Virus record (IMG/VR): IMGVR_UViG_2585427782_000009
Direction: 5' to 3' (one strand)
DNA from: a virus
Lineage: Duplodnaviria > Heunggongvirae > Uroviricota > Caudoviricetes
DNA: 15,654 nucleotides
The number at the start of each line of letters is the position of its first letter. Position 1 is the first letter of the stretch. Made by a program: the position numbers and the translations under genes. A model generated the notes under the pieces. It had not been told where the DNA came from. It was given only the letters and a program-made list of their open reading frames with translations, and ran no database searches. Shown here one piece after another: positions 1 through 9,100 of the stretch.

Positions 1-1362
1 ATGTTTAAACCGGAACTCCTTTCCCCGGCGGGAACGCTGAAAAATATGCGTTACGCTTTCGCTTATGGCGCAGATGCTGTTTATGCGGGCCAGCCGCGTT
101 ACTCCCTGCGTGTGCGCAACAACGAATTCAACCACGAAAATCTTCAGCTCGGCATCAATGAAGCCCACGCGCTGGGGAAAAAGTTTTATGTCGTGGTCAA
201 CATTGCACCGCACAACGCCAAGCTGAAAACCTTTATCCGTGACCTGAAACCGGTGGTGGAAATGGGGCCGGATGCGCTGATTATGTCCGATCCAGGGCTG
301 ATTATGCTGGTGCGTGAGCACTTCCCTGAAATGCCGATCCACCTCTCGGTGCAGGCTAACGCCGTAAACTGGGCGACGGTGAAATTCTGGCAGCAAATGG
401 GCCTGACCCGCGTGATCCTCTCTCGCGAGCTGTCGCTGGAAGAGATTGAAGAGATCCGCAATCAGGTGCCGGATATGGAGATCGAGATCTTCGTTCACGG
501 CGCACTGTGCATGGCCTACTCCGGTCGCTGCCTGCTCTCTGGCTATATCAACAAGCGCGATCCGAACCAGGGTACCTGCACCAACGCCTGCCGCTGGGAG
601 TACAACGTCCAGGAAGGGAAAGAAGATGACGTTGGCAACATCGTACACAAGTACGAGCCGATTCCGGTGCAAAATGTTGAGCCGACGCTGGGTATCGGCG
701 CGCCAACCGACAAAGTGTTTATGATCGAAGAAGCCCAGCGTCCGGGCGAGTATATGACCGCGTTTGAAGATGAGCACGGCACTTACATCATGAACTCGAA
801 AGATCTGCGCGCCATCGCCCATGTAGAACGCCTGACCAAAATGGGCGTGCATTCGCTGAAAATCGAAGGCCGTACTAAATCTTTCTACTATTGCGCACGC
901 ACCGCACAGGTTTACCGTAAAGCTATCGATGACGCCGCTGCGGGCAAACCGTTCGATACCAGCCTGCTGGAAACTCTGGAAGGTCTGGCGCATCGTGGCT
1001 ATACCGAAGGTTTCCTGCGTCGTCATACTCACGACGATTATCAGAACTACGAATACGGTTATTCAGTTTCTGACCGCCAGCAGTTTGTTGGTGAGTTTAC
1101 CGGTGAGCGCAAGGGGGACCTCGCGGCGGTAGCGGTGAAAAATAAATTCTCCGTTGGCGACAGCCTTGAGCTGATGACGCCGCAAGGCAACATTAACTTT
1201 ACCCTTGAGCACATGGAAAACGCCAAAGGTGAAGCGATGCCGGTCGCACCAGGCGATGGTTATACTGTGTGGCTCCCGGTCCCGCAGGATCTTGAGCTCA
1301 ATTACGCTCTGCTGATGCGTAATTTCTCCGGGGAAACCACGCGTAACCCACACGGTAAGTGA
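1..1362 (+). CDS. yegQ: U32-family peptidase-like protein YegQ (tRNA hydroxylation factor TrhP)
   Basis: ATG-initiated 453-aa ORF whose translation (MFKPELLSPAGTLKNMRYAFAYGADAVYAGQPRY...) I recognise as E. coli YegQ, which is also 453 aa. Conserved Cys-rich segment (CMAYSGRCLLSGY...CTNAC) typical of U32 proteins. Not verified by search. Confidence 0.93.
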   Translation: MFKPELLSPAGTLKNMRYAFAYGADAVYAGQPRYSLRVRNNEFNHENLQLGINEAHALGKKFYVVVNIAPHNAKLKTFIRDLKPVVEMGPDALIMSDPGLIMLVREHFPEMPIHLSVQANAVNWATVKFWQQMGLTRVILSRELSLEEIEEIRNQVPDMEIEIFVHGALCMAYSGRCLLSGYINKRDPNQGTCTNACRWEYNVQEGKEDDVGNIVHKYEPIPVQNVEPTLGIGAPTDKVFMIEEAQRPGEYMTAFEDEHGTYIMNSKDLRAIAHVERLTKMGVHSLKIEGRTKSFYYCARTAQVYRKAIDDAAAGKPFDTSLLETLEGLAHRGYTEGFLRRHTHDDYQNYEYGYSVSDRQQFVGEFTGERKGDLAAVAVKNKFSVGDSLELMTPQGNINFTLEHMENAKGEAMPVAPGDGYTVWLPVPQDLELNYALLMRNFSGETTRNPHGK

Positions 1363-1446
1363 TTAATTTCGATTATTTTTCCCGGATGGAAAATTCTTAG
1401 AAACCGATCACATACAGCTGCATTTATTAAGGTTATCATCCGTTTC

Positions 1447-1533
1447 GCTGAAAAACATAACCCATAAAATGCTAGCTGTACCAGGAACCACCTCCTTAGC
1501 CTGTGTAATCTCCCTTACACGGGCTTATTTTTT
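1447..1533 (+). ncRNA. cyaR: CyaR (RyeE) Hfq-dependent small RNA
   Basis: Sequence GCTGAAAAACATAACCCATAAAATGCTAGCTGTACCAGGAACCACCTCCTTAGCCTGTGTAATCTCCCTTACACGGGCTTATTTTTT matches my memory of E. coli cyaR, including the terminal hairpin (GCCTGTGTAA / TTACACGGGC) and U-tract. It lies directly downstream of yegQ as in K-12. Ends are approximate. Confidence 0.85.
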
Positions 1534-1534
1534 A
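1507..1534. repeat. attL core: 28-bp direct repeat (aatctcccttacacgggcttatttttta) shared with attR; overlaps the cyaR 3' end
   Basis: The same 28 bp occur at about 15137-15164. The two copies bracket a block of P2-like genes with int next to the right copy and ogr next to the left copy, which is the P2 prophage arrangement. Confidence 0.8.
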
Positions 1535-1597
1535 CGTACAACAAATTGAAATAAAAGGATTTATTTCTGGTCACGTCCACACATTGACCACATCGAC

Positions 1598-1624
1598 AAA
1601 AAAAGCCCCTCGACTGAGGGGCTT
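1598..1624 (-). terminator. Rho-independent terminator downstream of ogr
   Basis: On the minus strand, a GC-rich hairpin (GCCCCTCAGTCGAGGGGC) is followed by a run of 7 T, immediately 3' of the ogr stop codon. Confidence 0.6.
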
Positions 1625-1635
1625 TCTGTTTGTAA

Positions 1636-1854
1636 TTACATCCACATAATTTGCTGCCCTGACGGCAACGGGTGCGGCCTCACGGCGTGGACTTCTCCCG
1701 GCTTCACGATGTATCGCTGTACCGACTCATAAGTGATGAACGTGGCGCTGCAATTCACGTTCTGGCACTGGTGATAACGCTCTTTTGTCGTGTCAGTGAT
1801 ATAGCGGCTTGTACGCGCATGTGCGGCATGCTGGCATAAAGGACAATGAAACAT
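1636..1854 (-). CDS. ogr: Ogr, late-gene transcriptional activator (C4 zinc finger)
   Basis: The 72-aa translation MFHCPLCQHAAHARTSRYITDTTKERYHQCQNVNCSATFITYESVQRYIVKPGEVHAVRPHPLPSGQQIMWM matches my memory of P2 Ogr and E. coli OgrK. ATG at 1854 is preceded by a GGAAGAGGTG ribosome-binding site. The 93-aa track ORF is an upstream extension that I do not accept. Confidence 0.92.
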   Translation of the reverse strand: MFHCPLCQHAAHARTSRYITDTTKERYHQCQNVNCSATFITYESVQRYIVKPGEVHAVRPHPLPSGQQIMWM

Positions 1855-1935
1855 CGCGAGCACCTCTTCCGGTTTTGTTGATGGTGCCATTTTAGTTAAT
1901 TTATCCTTATAAAACAAACAGATAAAATAAAAACA

Positions 1936-2388
1936 TTACTCATCATCTTCTGTTTCGTACTCCACATCAGAAAGCCTGACCTCAAGCTCTAAGGACGTCG
2001 TGAAGCCGCTATTATTCAGAAAATGTGTCACCTTAGTGATTGTCCAGTCCTGCTCGTCTATGACGCGCTTAAAGCCTGACACTCTGACCGGTGTTTCCGT
2101 GTAAATATCAGCACGACCAGTGGCAAGGCTGATGGAGAACTCCGCAACGCCCCGTTGCAGTTTATCCCACTTCGCCTGAGCGGCGCGCATGGCCTGTGCT
2201 TTCGTGGCATATACCGTAGTCAGGGCAAAAACGTTGTCAGCTTCACCGGCCATGTATTCACCTTCGCGCGCTTCCGGTACTTTTGGCGCTTTCTTCTGCC
2301 TGACCGGTTTCGCTTTCGGGTGCTCCAGTGCGCGCAGGTGTTTTTCTTTCTTTTTGCGTTTCAGTTTTACCTTCTGCTTTTGCGGCTT
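1936..2388 (-). pseudogene. 3' fragment of tail gene D (gpD C-terminal region, 5' end deleted); comparable to K-12 yegZ
   Basis: The frame is open from 2388 down to the stop at 1936 with no credible start or RBS at its 5' end. It sits immediately upstream of ogr as D does in P2, and its translation ends ...EVRLSDVEYETEDDE. Assignment to D is from gene order and the K-12 ogrK/yegZ analogy; I cannot recall the P2 D sequence to confirm. Confidence 0.55.
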
Positions 2389-2861
2389 TCAGGGCTTAAT
2401 TTGAAGCGGTTCAGAGGGTTGTGTTTTGCCGTGCGGCAGAATTCCAGGTATTCCGTGCCGAGGCTTGCCGGGTCATCGGTGACGGCCAGCCCCACCAGAT
2501 AACATTTGCCGGTATTGGCAAAGTTCGGCTGAATTTCCATTGAGGTATAGACCTTCTGCGCGGCCTTGTTCATCGCGATAAGGTCATCGGTCGGGGTGAT
2601 TTTCGCAAACAGCGCCCATTTGCCTTTCAGCGCCGAATCATCGTCAATCTTTTCGGCCTTCAGTTCGACCACATCGCCATAACGCTTAAAAATACCGTCA
2701 GGCAGGATGCCGCGCAGATGTTCCAGGTTAATGCGGCAACCATAGACACGCGGGTCAAAGGTTTCGGCCATTTCCTGAATATCCTGCGCACTGATGACAC
2801 GCCCGTCACAGGTGTCACCCTCAACGCCGATACGAAAGAATTTTGAGACTTTTTTTGCCAT
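2367..2861 (-). pseudogene. Truncated capsid scaffold/protease gene O (N-terminal about 160 aa, then frameshifted into D-derived sequence)
   Basis: ATG at 2861 with an AGGA ribosome-binding site. Translation MAKKVSKFFRIGVEGDTCDGRVISAQDIQEMAETFDPRVYGCRINLEHLRG... matches my memory of the P2 gpO N-terminus (P2 gpO is about 284 aa). Here the frame ends after ...NRFKLSPE-SRKSRR, inside the D-derived segment. Confidence 0.75.
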
Positions 2862-3034
2862 TGTCAGGAGTCCTGAATAGTGATTAGAGGAGTCACATGT
2901 CGGCATCAGTTTCCCGACGATGCGCATCCTCCGCCATCAGTCCCGGATGGCTTATCACTGACACAACAGCACCTTAGCGAATCGCGGGGCGCGACTCAGT
3001 AGCCTTGCCGTGTATTCATCACGGCGAGGTATTC
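2862..3034. promoter_or_regulatory. Divergent intergenic region between O and P (expected position of the Ogr-dependent late promoters PO and PP)
   Basis: By position only: in P2 the divergent late promoters lie between O and P. I could not find a clean TGT-N12-ACA Ogr-site consensus by eye, so this call is positional. Confidence 0.35.
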
Positions 3035-4807
3035 ATGACCATCACCACAGACACCACTCTTTTACACGACCCGCGTCGTCAGGCGGCGCTGCTGTACTGG
3101 CAGGGATTTTCCGTGCCGCAGATTGCCGCCATGTTGCAGATGAAACGCCCGACGGTGCAGAGCTGGAAACAGCGCGACGGCTGGGACAGCGTTGCCCCCA
3201 TCAGCCGTGTCGAAATGAGTCTGGAAGCGCGGCTGACCCAGCTCATCATCAAACCGCAGAAAACCGGCGGTGACTTCAAGGAAATTGACCTGCTCGGACG
3301 CCAGATTGAACGACTGGCACGGGTCAACCGTTACAGTCAGACCGGCAACGAGGCAGACCTTAATCCGAACGTCGCTAACCGCAACAAAGGCGGGCGTCGC
3401 AAACCGAAAAAGAATTTTTTCAGTGACGAGGCCATCGAAAAGCTGGAGCAGATTTTCTTTGAGCAGTCTTTCGAATATCAGTTGCACTGGTATCGCGCCG
3501 GGCTTGAGCACCGCATCCGCGATATCCTGAAATCCCGCCAGATTGGCGCGACGTTTTATTTTTCCCGCGAGGCGCTGCTGCGCGCCCTAAAAACCGGTCA
3601 TAACCAGATTTTTCTGTCGGCCAGTAAAACGCAGGCGTATGTGTTCCGCGAATACATCATCGCCTTTGCCCGGCTGGTTGACGTTGACCTGACCGGTGAC
3701 CCGATTGTCCTGGGCAATAACGGCGCAAAACTGATTTTTCTCGGCACCAACTCCAACACCGCGCAGAGCCATAACGGCGACCTGTACGTCGACGAGATTT
3801 TCTGGATCCCGAATTTTCAGGTACTGCGTAAGGTGGCATCAGGTATGGCCTCACAGAGTCACCTGCGTTCGACCTATTTCTCCACCCCGTCCACACTGGC
3901 GCACGACGCCTACCCGTTCTGGTCGGGTGAACTGTTCAACCGGGGACGCGCCAGCGCCGCCGAACGCGTGGAAATCGACGTCAGTCATAACGCCCTTGCC
4001 GGTGGGCTTCTCTGTGCAGACGGCCAGTGGCGGCAGATTGTCACCATTGAGGACGCGCTGAAAGGCGGCTGCACGCTGTTCGACATTGAGCAGCTCAAAC
4101 GTGAAAACAGCGCCGACGATTTTAAAAACCTGTTCATGTGTGAATTTGTTGACGACAAGGCGTCGGTGTTCCCGTTCGAGGAGCTGCAACGCTGCATGGT
4201 CGACACGCTGGAAGAATGGGAAGACTATGCGCCGTTTGCCGCGAATCCGTTCGGCTCCCGCCCGGTATGGATTGGTTACGACCCGTCACACCGTGGCGAC
4301 AGCGCCGGATGCGTGGTACTGGCACCGCCGGTGGTGGCCGGTGGCAAATTCAGAATACTTGAGCGTCACCAGTGGAAAGGCATGGACTTTGCCACTCAGG
4401 CGGAATCCATCCGCAAACTCACCGAAAAATACAACGTCGAATACATCGGTATTGATGCCACCGGCCTCGGTGTCGGCGTGTTCCAGCTCGTGCGCTCGTT
4501 CTATCCCGCCGCGCGCGATATCCGCTACACACCGGAAATGAAAACCGCAATGGTGCTCAAGGCAAAAGACGTCATCCGCCGTGGCTGTCTGGAATATGAC
4601 GTCAGCGCCACCGACATCACCAGCTCGTTTATGGCTATCCGCAAGACCATGACCAGCAGCGGACGCAGCGCCACCTATGAGGCCAGCCGCAGCGAGGAAG
4701 CCAGCCACGCCGACCTCGCCTGGGCGACCATGCACGCCCTGTTAAATGAGCCACTCACCGCCGGTATCAGCACCCCGCTGACATCCACCATTCTGGAGTT
4801 TTACTGA
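3035..4807 (+). CDS. P: Terminase large (ATPase) subunit gpP
   Basis: 590-aa product from the ATG at 3035 (GAGG ribosome-binding site 6 nt upstream), beginning MTITTDTTLLHDPRRQAALLYWQGFSVPQIAAMLQ..., which matches my memory of P2 gpP in sequence and length. Divergent from O and followed by Q, as in P2. The track ORF starts at an upstream TTG (3005). Confidence 0.9.
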   Translation: MTITTDTTLLHDPRRQAALLYWQGFSVPQIAAMLQMKRPTVQSWKQRDGWDSVAPISRVEMSLEARLTQLIIKPQKTGGDFKEIDLLGRQIERLARVNRYSQTGNEADLNPNVANRNKGGRRKPKKNFFSDEAIEKLEQIFFEQSFEYQLHWYRAGLEHRIRDILKSRQIGATFYFSREALLRALKTGHNQIFLSASKTQAYVFREYIIAFARLVDVDLTGDPIVLGNNGAKLIFLGTNSNTAQSHNGDLYVDEIFWIPNFQVLRKVASGMASQSHLRSTYFSTPSTLAHDAYPFWSGELFNRGRASAAERVEIDVSHNALAGGLLCADGQWRQIVTIEDALKGGCTLFDIEQLKRENSADDFKNLFMCEFVDDKASVFPFEELQRCMVDTLEEWEDYAPFAANPFGSRPVWIGYDPSHRGDSAGCVVLAPPVVAGGKFRILERHQWKGMDFATQAESIRKLTEKYNVEYIGIDATGLGVGVFQLVRSFYPAARDIRYTPEMKTAMVLKAKDVIRRGCLEYDVSATDITSSFMAIRKTMTSSGRSATYEASRSEEASHADLAWATMHALLNEPLTAGISTPLTSTILEFY

Positions 4808-5841
4808 TGAGCAAGAAAAAAGGGAAAACACCGCAACCTGCGGCCAAAAAAATGACCGCCAGCGCCCCGAAAATGGAAGCATTCACCTTTGGCGAGCCGG
4901 TACCGGTACTCGACCGCCGTGACATTCTGGATTACGTCGAGTGCATCAGTAACGGCAGATGGTATGAACCACCGGTCAGCTTTACCGGTCTGGCAAAAAG
5001 CCTGCGTGCTGCCGTGCATCACAGCTCACCGATTTACGTCAAACGTAATATTCTGGCCTCAACGTTTATCCCGCACCCGTGGCTTTCCCAGCAGGATTTC
5101 AGTCGCTTTGTGCTGGATTTTCTGGTGTTCGGTAATGCGTTTCTGGAAAAGCGCTACAGCACTACCGGTAAGGTCATCAGACTGGAAACCTCACCGGCAA
5201 AATATACCCGCCGTGGCGTGGAGGAGGATGTTTACTGGTGGGTGCCATCCTTCAACGAGCCGACACCTTTCGCGCCCGGCTCCGTGTTTCACCTGCTGGA
5301 GCCGGATATCAATCAGGAGCTGTACGGCCTGCCGGAATATCTCAGCGCCCTTAACTCTGCCTGGCTGAATGAGTCGGCCACGCTGTTCCGCCGCAAGTAT
5401 TACGAAAACGGCGCACATGCCGGATACATCATGTACGTCACCGATGCCGTGCAGGATCGCAACGATATCGAAATGCTTCGCGAAAACATGGTGAAGTCGA
5501 AAGGCCGCAACAACTTTAAAAACCTGTTTCTCTACGCCCCACAGGGAAAAGCCGACGGTATTAAAATTATCCCGCTCAGTGAAGTGGCAACGAAGGACGA
5601 TTTTTTTAATATCAAAAAAGCCAGCGCCGCAGACCTGCTGGACGCGCACCGCATCCCTTTTCAGTTGATGGGCGGCAAGCCGGAGAACGTCGGGTCGCTG
5701 GGTGATATTGAGAAAGTGGCAAAGGTCTTTGTCCGCAATGAGCTTATCCCGTTACAGGACAGGATCCGCGAGATAAACGGCTGGCTCGGTCAGGAGGTCA
5801 TCCGCTTTAAAAACTACTCACTGGACACTGACAACGGCTGA
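4807..5841 (+). CDS. Q: Portal (capsid vertex) protein gpQ
   Basis: 344-aa ORF (MSKKKGKTPQPAAKKMTASAPKMEAFTFGEPVPVLDRRD...) with the same length as P2 gpQ. Its start overlaps the P stop (TGATG), indicating translational coupling. Lies next to cos as in P2. Confidence 0.9.
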   Translation: MSKKKGKTPQPAAKKMTASAPKMEAFTFGEPVPVLDRRDILDYVECISNGRWYEPPVSFTGLAKSLRAAVHHSSPIYVKRNILASTFIPHPWLSQQDFSRFVLDFLVFGNAFLEKRYSTTGKVIRLETSPAKYTRRGVEEDVYWWVPSFNEPTPFAPGSVFHLLEPDINQELYGLPEYLSALNSAWLNESATLFRRKYYENGAHAGYIMYVTDAVQDRNDIEMLRENMVKSKGRNNFKNLFLYAPQGKADGIKIIPLSEVATKDDFFNIKKASAADLLDAHRIPFQLMGGKPENVGSLGDIEKVAKVFVRNELIPLQDRIREINGWLGQEVIRFKNYSLDTDNG

Positions 5842-5846
5842 ACATC

Positions 5847-5868
5847 GCCGCCTGCGGGCGGCTTTTTT
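5847..5868 (+). terminator. Rho-independent terminator after Q
   Basis: GCCGCCTGCGGGCGGC hairpin followed by TTTTTT, 6 nt after the Q stop codon. Confidence 0.6.
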
Positions 5869-6010
5869 ACACCCCGTCATCACGCCCTCACACGCTCACC
5901 ACCGCACAAAACAGCCCGCATACACGCCAACGCCCCGGCGAACAATCTAAACGCCATCACGACGCGCTCAGACGCTGAAAAAATAAAATCAGCACCACCG
6001 CCAGCGCGCA

Positions 6011-6029
6011 GTGCTTTCCCCGCCTCGCC
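6011..6029. other. cos site: 19-nt cohesive-end sequence of P2/186/P4 type
   Basis: GTGCTTTCCCCGCCTCGCC is the reverse complement of GGCGAGGCGGGGAAAGCAC, which I recall as the P2 cohesive end. It is located just beyond Q, as in P2. Confidence 0.8.
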
Positions 6030-6157
6030 CGCCCGCTTCGTGGGGTGGTTTTCATGCAGTTGCATGAACTAGCCGAATCCGCGCCAGTATTGACATTGAC
6101 GTTTCGATATGGATTTGGCGTAAGCATGCAAATTAGGGCACTATCATGCTATTTTCT

Positions 6158-9100
6158 TTACAATGTTGGAGCATCAATCAGACACTTATCTCGCTCCACC
6201 TTTAGTGCCAAAAAACTCAGTCTGATTGATAAATATTTCATATCATCACCTCCTCCACTGATATCAAACTGTTGCTCATTCAACTCCTTAGCATATTCTA
6301 ACTCTTTATCATAAGATGAGGTTACACGCCAAATTACAGAACCACGCTTAAATAAGTAGTATAAGCCATTAACATCCCGATACGCTTTCATAAGCTGCCA
6401 TAACACATCGGTACATCTGTTAAAAAGCTCATCTAATCGCTGCAAGAACAAATAATCATAAACGGCCTTTAATTCCCTCACCCCCTCCGCATCAATTTTT
6501 TCAAACTCTCCGCAACGTACCAACTCTTCATACTTAACAAGTAACGCCCTGGCCTTAGTATACACTCCCCCTTCATTTTTTATGGCATTATCAATATATT
6601 TGAAAGATGAACCAGAAAACAAATAATGAAGTTTAATGCTAATATTATTAGCCAGCGTGTTATACCCAGCAGCTCGGGACTTTTTCTCGAGAGAAATAAG
6701 CTTATTAAGCCTTTTACCATGAGACAATTCGTCAGCCAAATGAACTTCAGCATTGATATAATAACTAGAAGACTTTGGAGCTATCTTTTTTAATTTTATT
6801 GCGTATTTTCGTGCTTTTTCATCATTATATTCAGAGCATGCCATCATAATATTATCAAGCATTTTAAAATAATATTCCTTTTGACAAAACTCTTTTGCCT
6901 CGAACTCATCACTTAAAGGCTCAATAAATTCAACACTTTGTTCAACCTCATCAATCATTCTTAAACTTGTAGCCAAAAAATACGCAGCCCTAAATTTATC
7001 AAGAATATCCAAATGAGAAATATTAGAATAAAGCATCCGAGAAAATGCGACGAGTTCTTTATAGTAACATGCACTCTTTAAAAAGATGCAATATCCTATA
7101 GAAACATGTATTAATGATTTAACTTCTCGATCATAATGATTAATATCTATTAATGAAAAGTATGAACTAATAGCTGAATGGACATTTCCAGGATAAAACT
7201 CCGGGCTTTCAAGCATCATCTTCACTGTAGGAGAGACTCTCACTTTCCCTGACATCCAATCGCTACCGATACAAAGTCCTAGGGATTTTTTTACAAGTTC
7301 ATACCGTTGGTTAGGATCCATACCCTGCTTTACAAAATCACTAACAACTGGTGATATCCTTAACATTTTATAATTATCCTTTGTAATTGTATAAATCAGA
7401 CCATATCTTTCTAGTTTTGCGAAATCATCAAAATGAAAATCATACGATGAATAATAAGAGCGAATATTTGTCAATTTCTCCCCATATTCAAGCATAGAGA
7501 AAATGCATAGTAATGAATATAGTTTTCTATTATCACTTCTAATCTCGTTTATTTGCTTGGATATGTAGTGTGGAATGTCCGTATTTGTTCCCTCTGCCGA
7601 AACAACAATATTTCCTGCATCAAGGACTTCATCAAATGACATTAACTCATAATACTCTTTAACCTTATCTAATTTTAAAGGTATTCCATTTGTTATTTCA
7701 TACAACCTATCAAGTTTCTCTCTTTTTATTTCAGTAATATCAGTGCCAACTTTAATATACTCCTTTATATCATCTAAAGATAAAGGCTGTAATTCCACTA
7801 TACCAGAGCATATCCCGTTACATGTCGCTGATACAAAAATAACTTTCACACCAGAACTAAGATCTGATGATAATTTCGCAATCTCAGAAAAGAAAGCTTT
7901 AGTTGATGGAGGAAGTCTGGCTATGTTATCAAGAATTAAAATCCGCTTTCCTAATCCATTATTAGATATGAAGGTTGCAATATCGATACCGATATCCTGT
8001 TTTATTTTAACTTCAATATCACGAGATTCAGTCAATCCATTGACATCACTATAATAACATGTAAAATCATAAAATTCATCATGAATAAAAGAATATAAAA
8101 AACCTGCTTTTCCGTATCCCCAACCAGAAACAAGCTCAAAATGATTGTTATTATTTAAATAATCAGTGGCTTTTTTTTGCTCTACTAATCTAATTATATC
8201 ATGCGCAGGCTCAACTGAAAGGTTATAGGGTCTCAGCGAAATAACTATGCTTTCTGTTATCGGCTGTAATCCAGTTTTTTTTACAACAAACTTACTTAAT
8301 TGTTTTTTTTTACTAATCTCAGCCAAAGCATCCTCAAAGTATGTATTACAGTCAACCCCAACATATCCTTGAAAACGAGCATTAACAAGCGCTGGTTGAA
8401 TAATTTCAATCAATCGTGAATGTTCTTTACTCACATCATCAATTGAGTTTTTATAAAAACCCCATCTAACATTATAACTTGGCTGAAACTCATGGACGAT
8501 GTTTCTTAACGCCTGTAGAAAAACATCATCCCAACCTGCATATCCAATAACATATAATTTACTTGTATCCAATATATTTTTTATTGACAACTCAATTTTT
8601 TTCCTCAATGAAGAAAGCTGAGTTTGAGTATGCATAGTATCTCCATCCCAAACTCCATGTAAATGCACTACGGGAATGGATTCGCCTGAATAGCTGGTAA
8701 CGCTACCAATTGGTTGATCTACAATAAGATTATGTACATTACAATTTCTATTTACTCTAAACAATGCCTCTTCAATCAATGGATCAAAATTTGTTGTAAG
8801 TATGCATTTTACTTTAATGCTAGTTTCTGAAATAAGCCTTGAAAAATCATCAAGTGATTTAGTAATTAACCATTTGTCGCCGCTCCTTGCATTATTCATT
8901 GCAAGAGCCATTATTTCTTTAACTTCATCTTGATCACCTACCTTCAAAAGGTATTCGAAACTTTTTTGATATTTATCAGTTTCACTTAAACCGATTATGT
9001 TACTTTCAAAGCCATCATAAATATCTAAATCAATCATATATTGCCGCAGAATATCATTCATCCCTGAAACGCCCGGTACCCCATTCCCCTCCGGCGAGCA

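Noticed and set aside
1363-1446. A tRNA gene as the integration target
   Set aside because: No cloverleaf-compatible sequence; the target is the cyaR sRNA 3' end.
1855-1917. N-terminal 21-codon extension of ogr (the 93-aa track ORF)
   Set aside because: Ogr is 72 aa and the ATG at 1854 has a strong ribosome-binding site; the extension would overlap the D' fragment.
2155-2502. 115-aa and 71-aa plus-strand ORFs across the O'/'D junction
   Set aside because: Antisense to the recognisable O and D fragments, Phe/Arg-rich low-complexity translations, no ribosome-binding site.
3062-4735. Multiple minus-strand and alternative-frame ORFs within gene P (3062..3511, 3587..3772, 3657..3896, 3851..4189, 4286..4735 and others)
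   Set aside because: All overlap the well-supported 590-aa terminase ORF; they are typical shadow ORFs of GC-rich coding sequence.
5880-6065. 61-aa minus-strand ORF spanning the cos site
   Set aside because: Overlaps the cos 19-mer and the Q terminator region, is Ala/Gly/Arg-rich with no ribosome-binding site, and P2 has no gene here.
7743-8054. 103-aa plus-strand ORF inside the SIR2-like gene
   Set aside because: Lies antisense and entirely within the long minus-strand ORF, has low-complexity composition and no ribosome-binding site; a chance ORF in AT-rich sequence.
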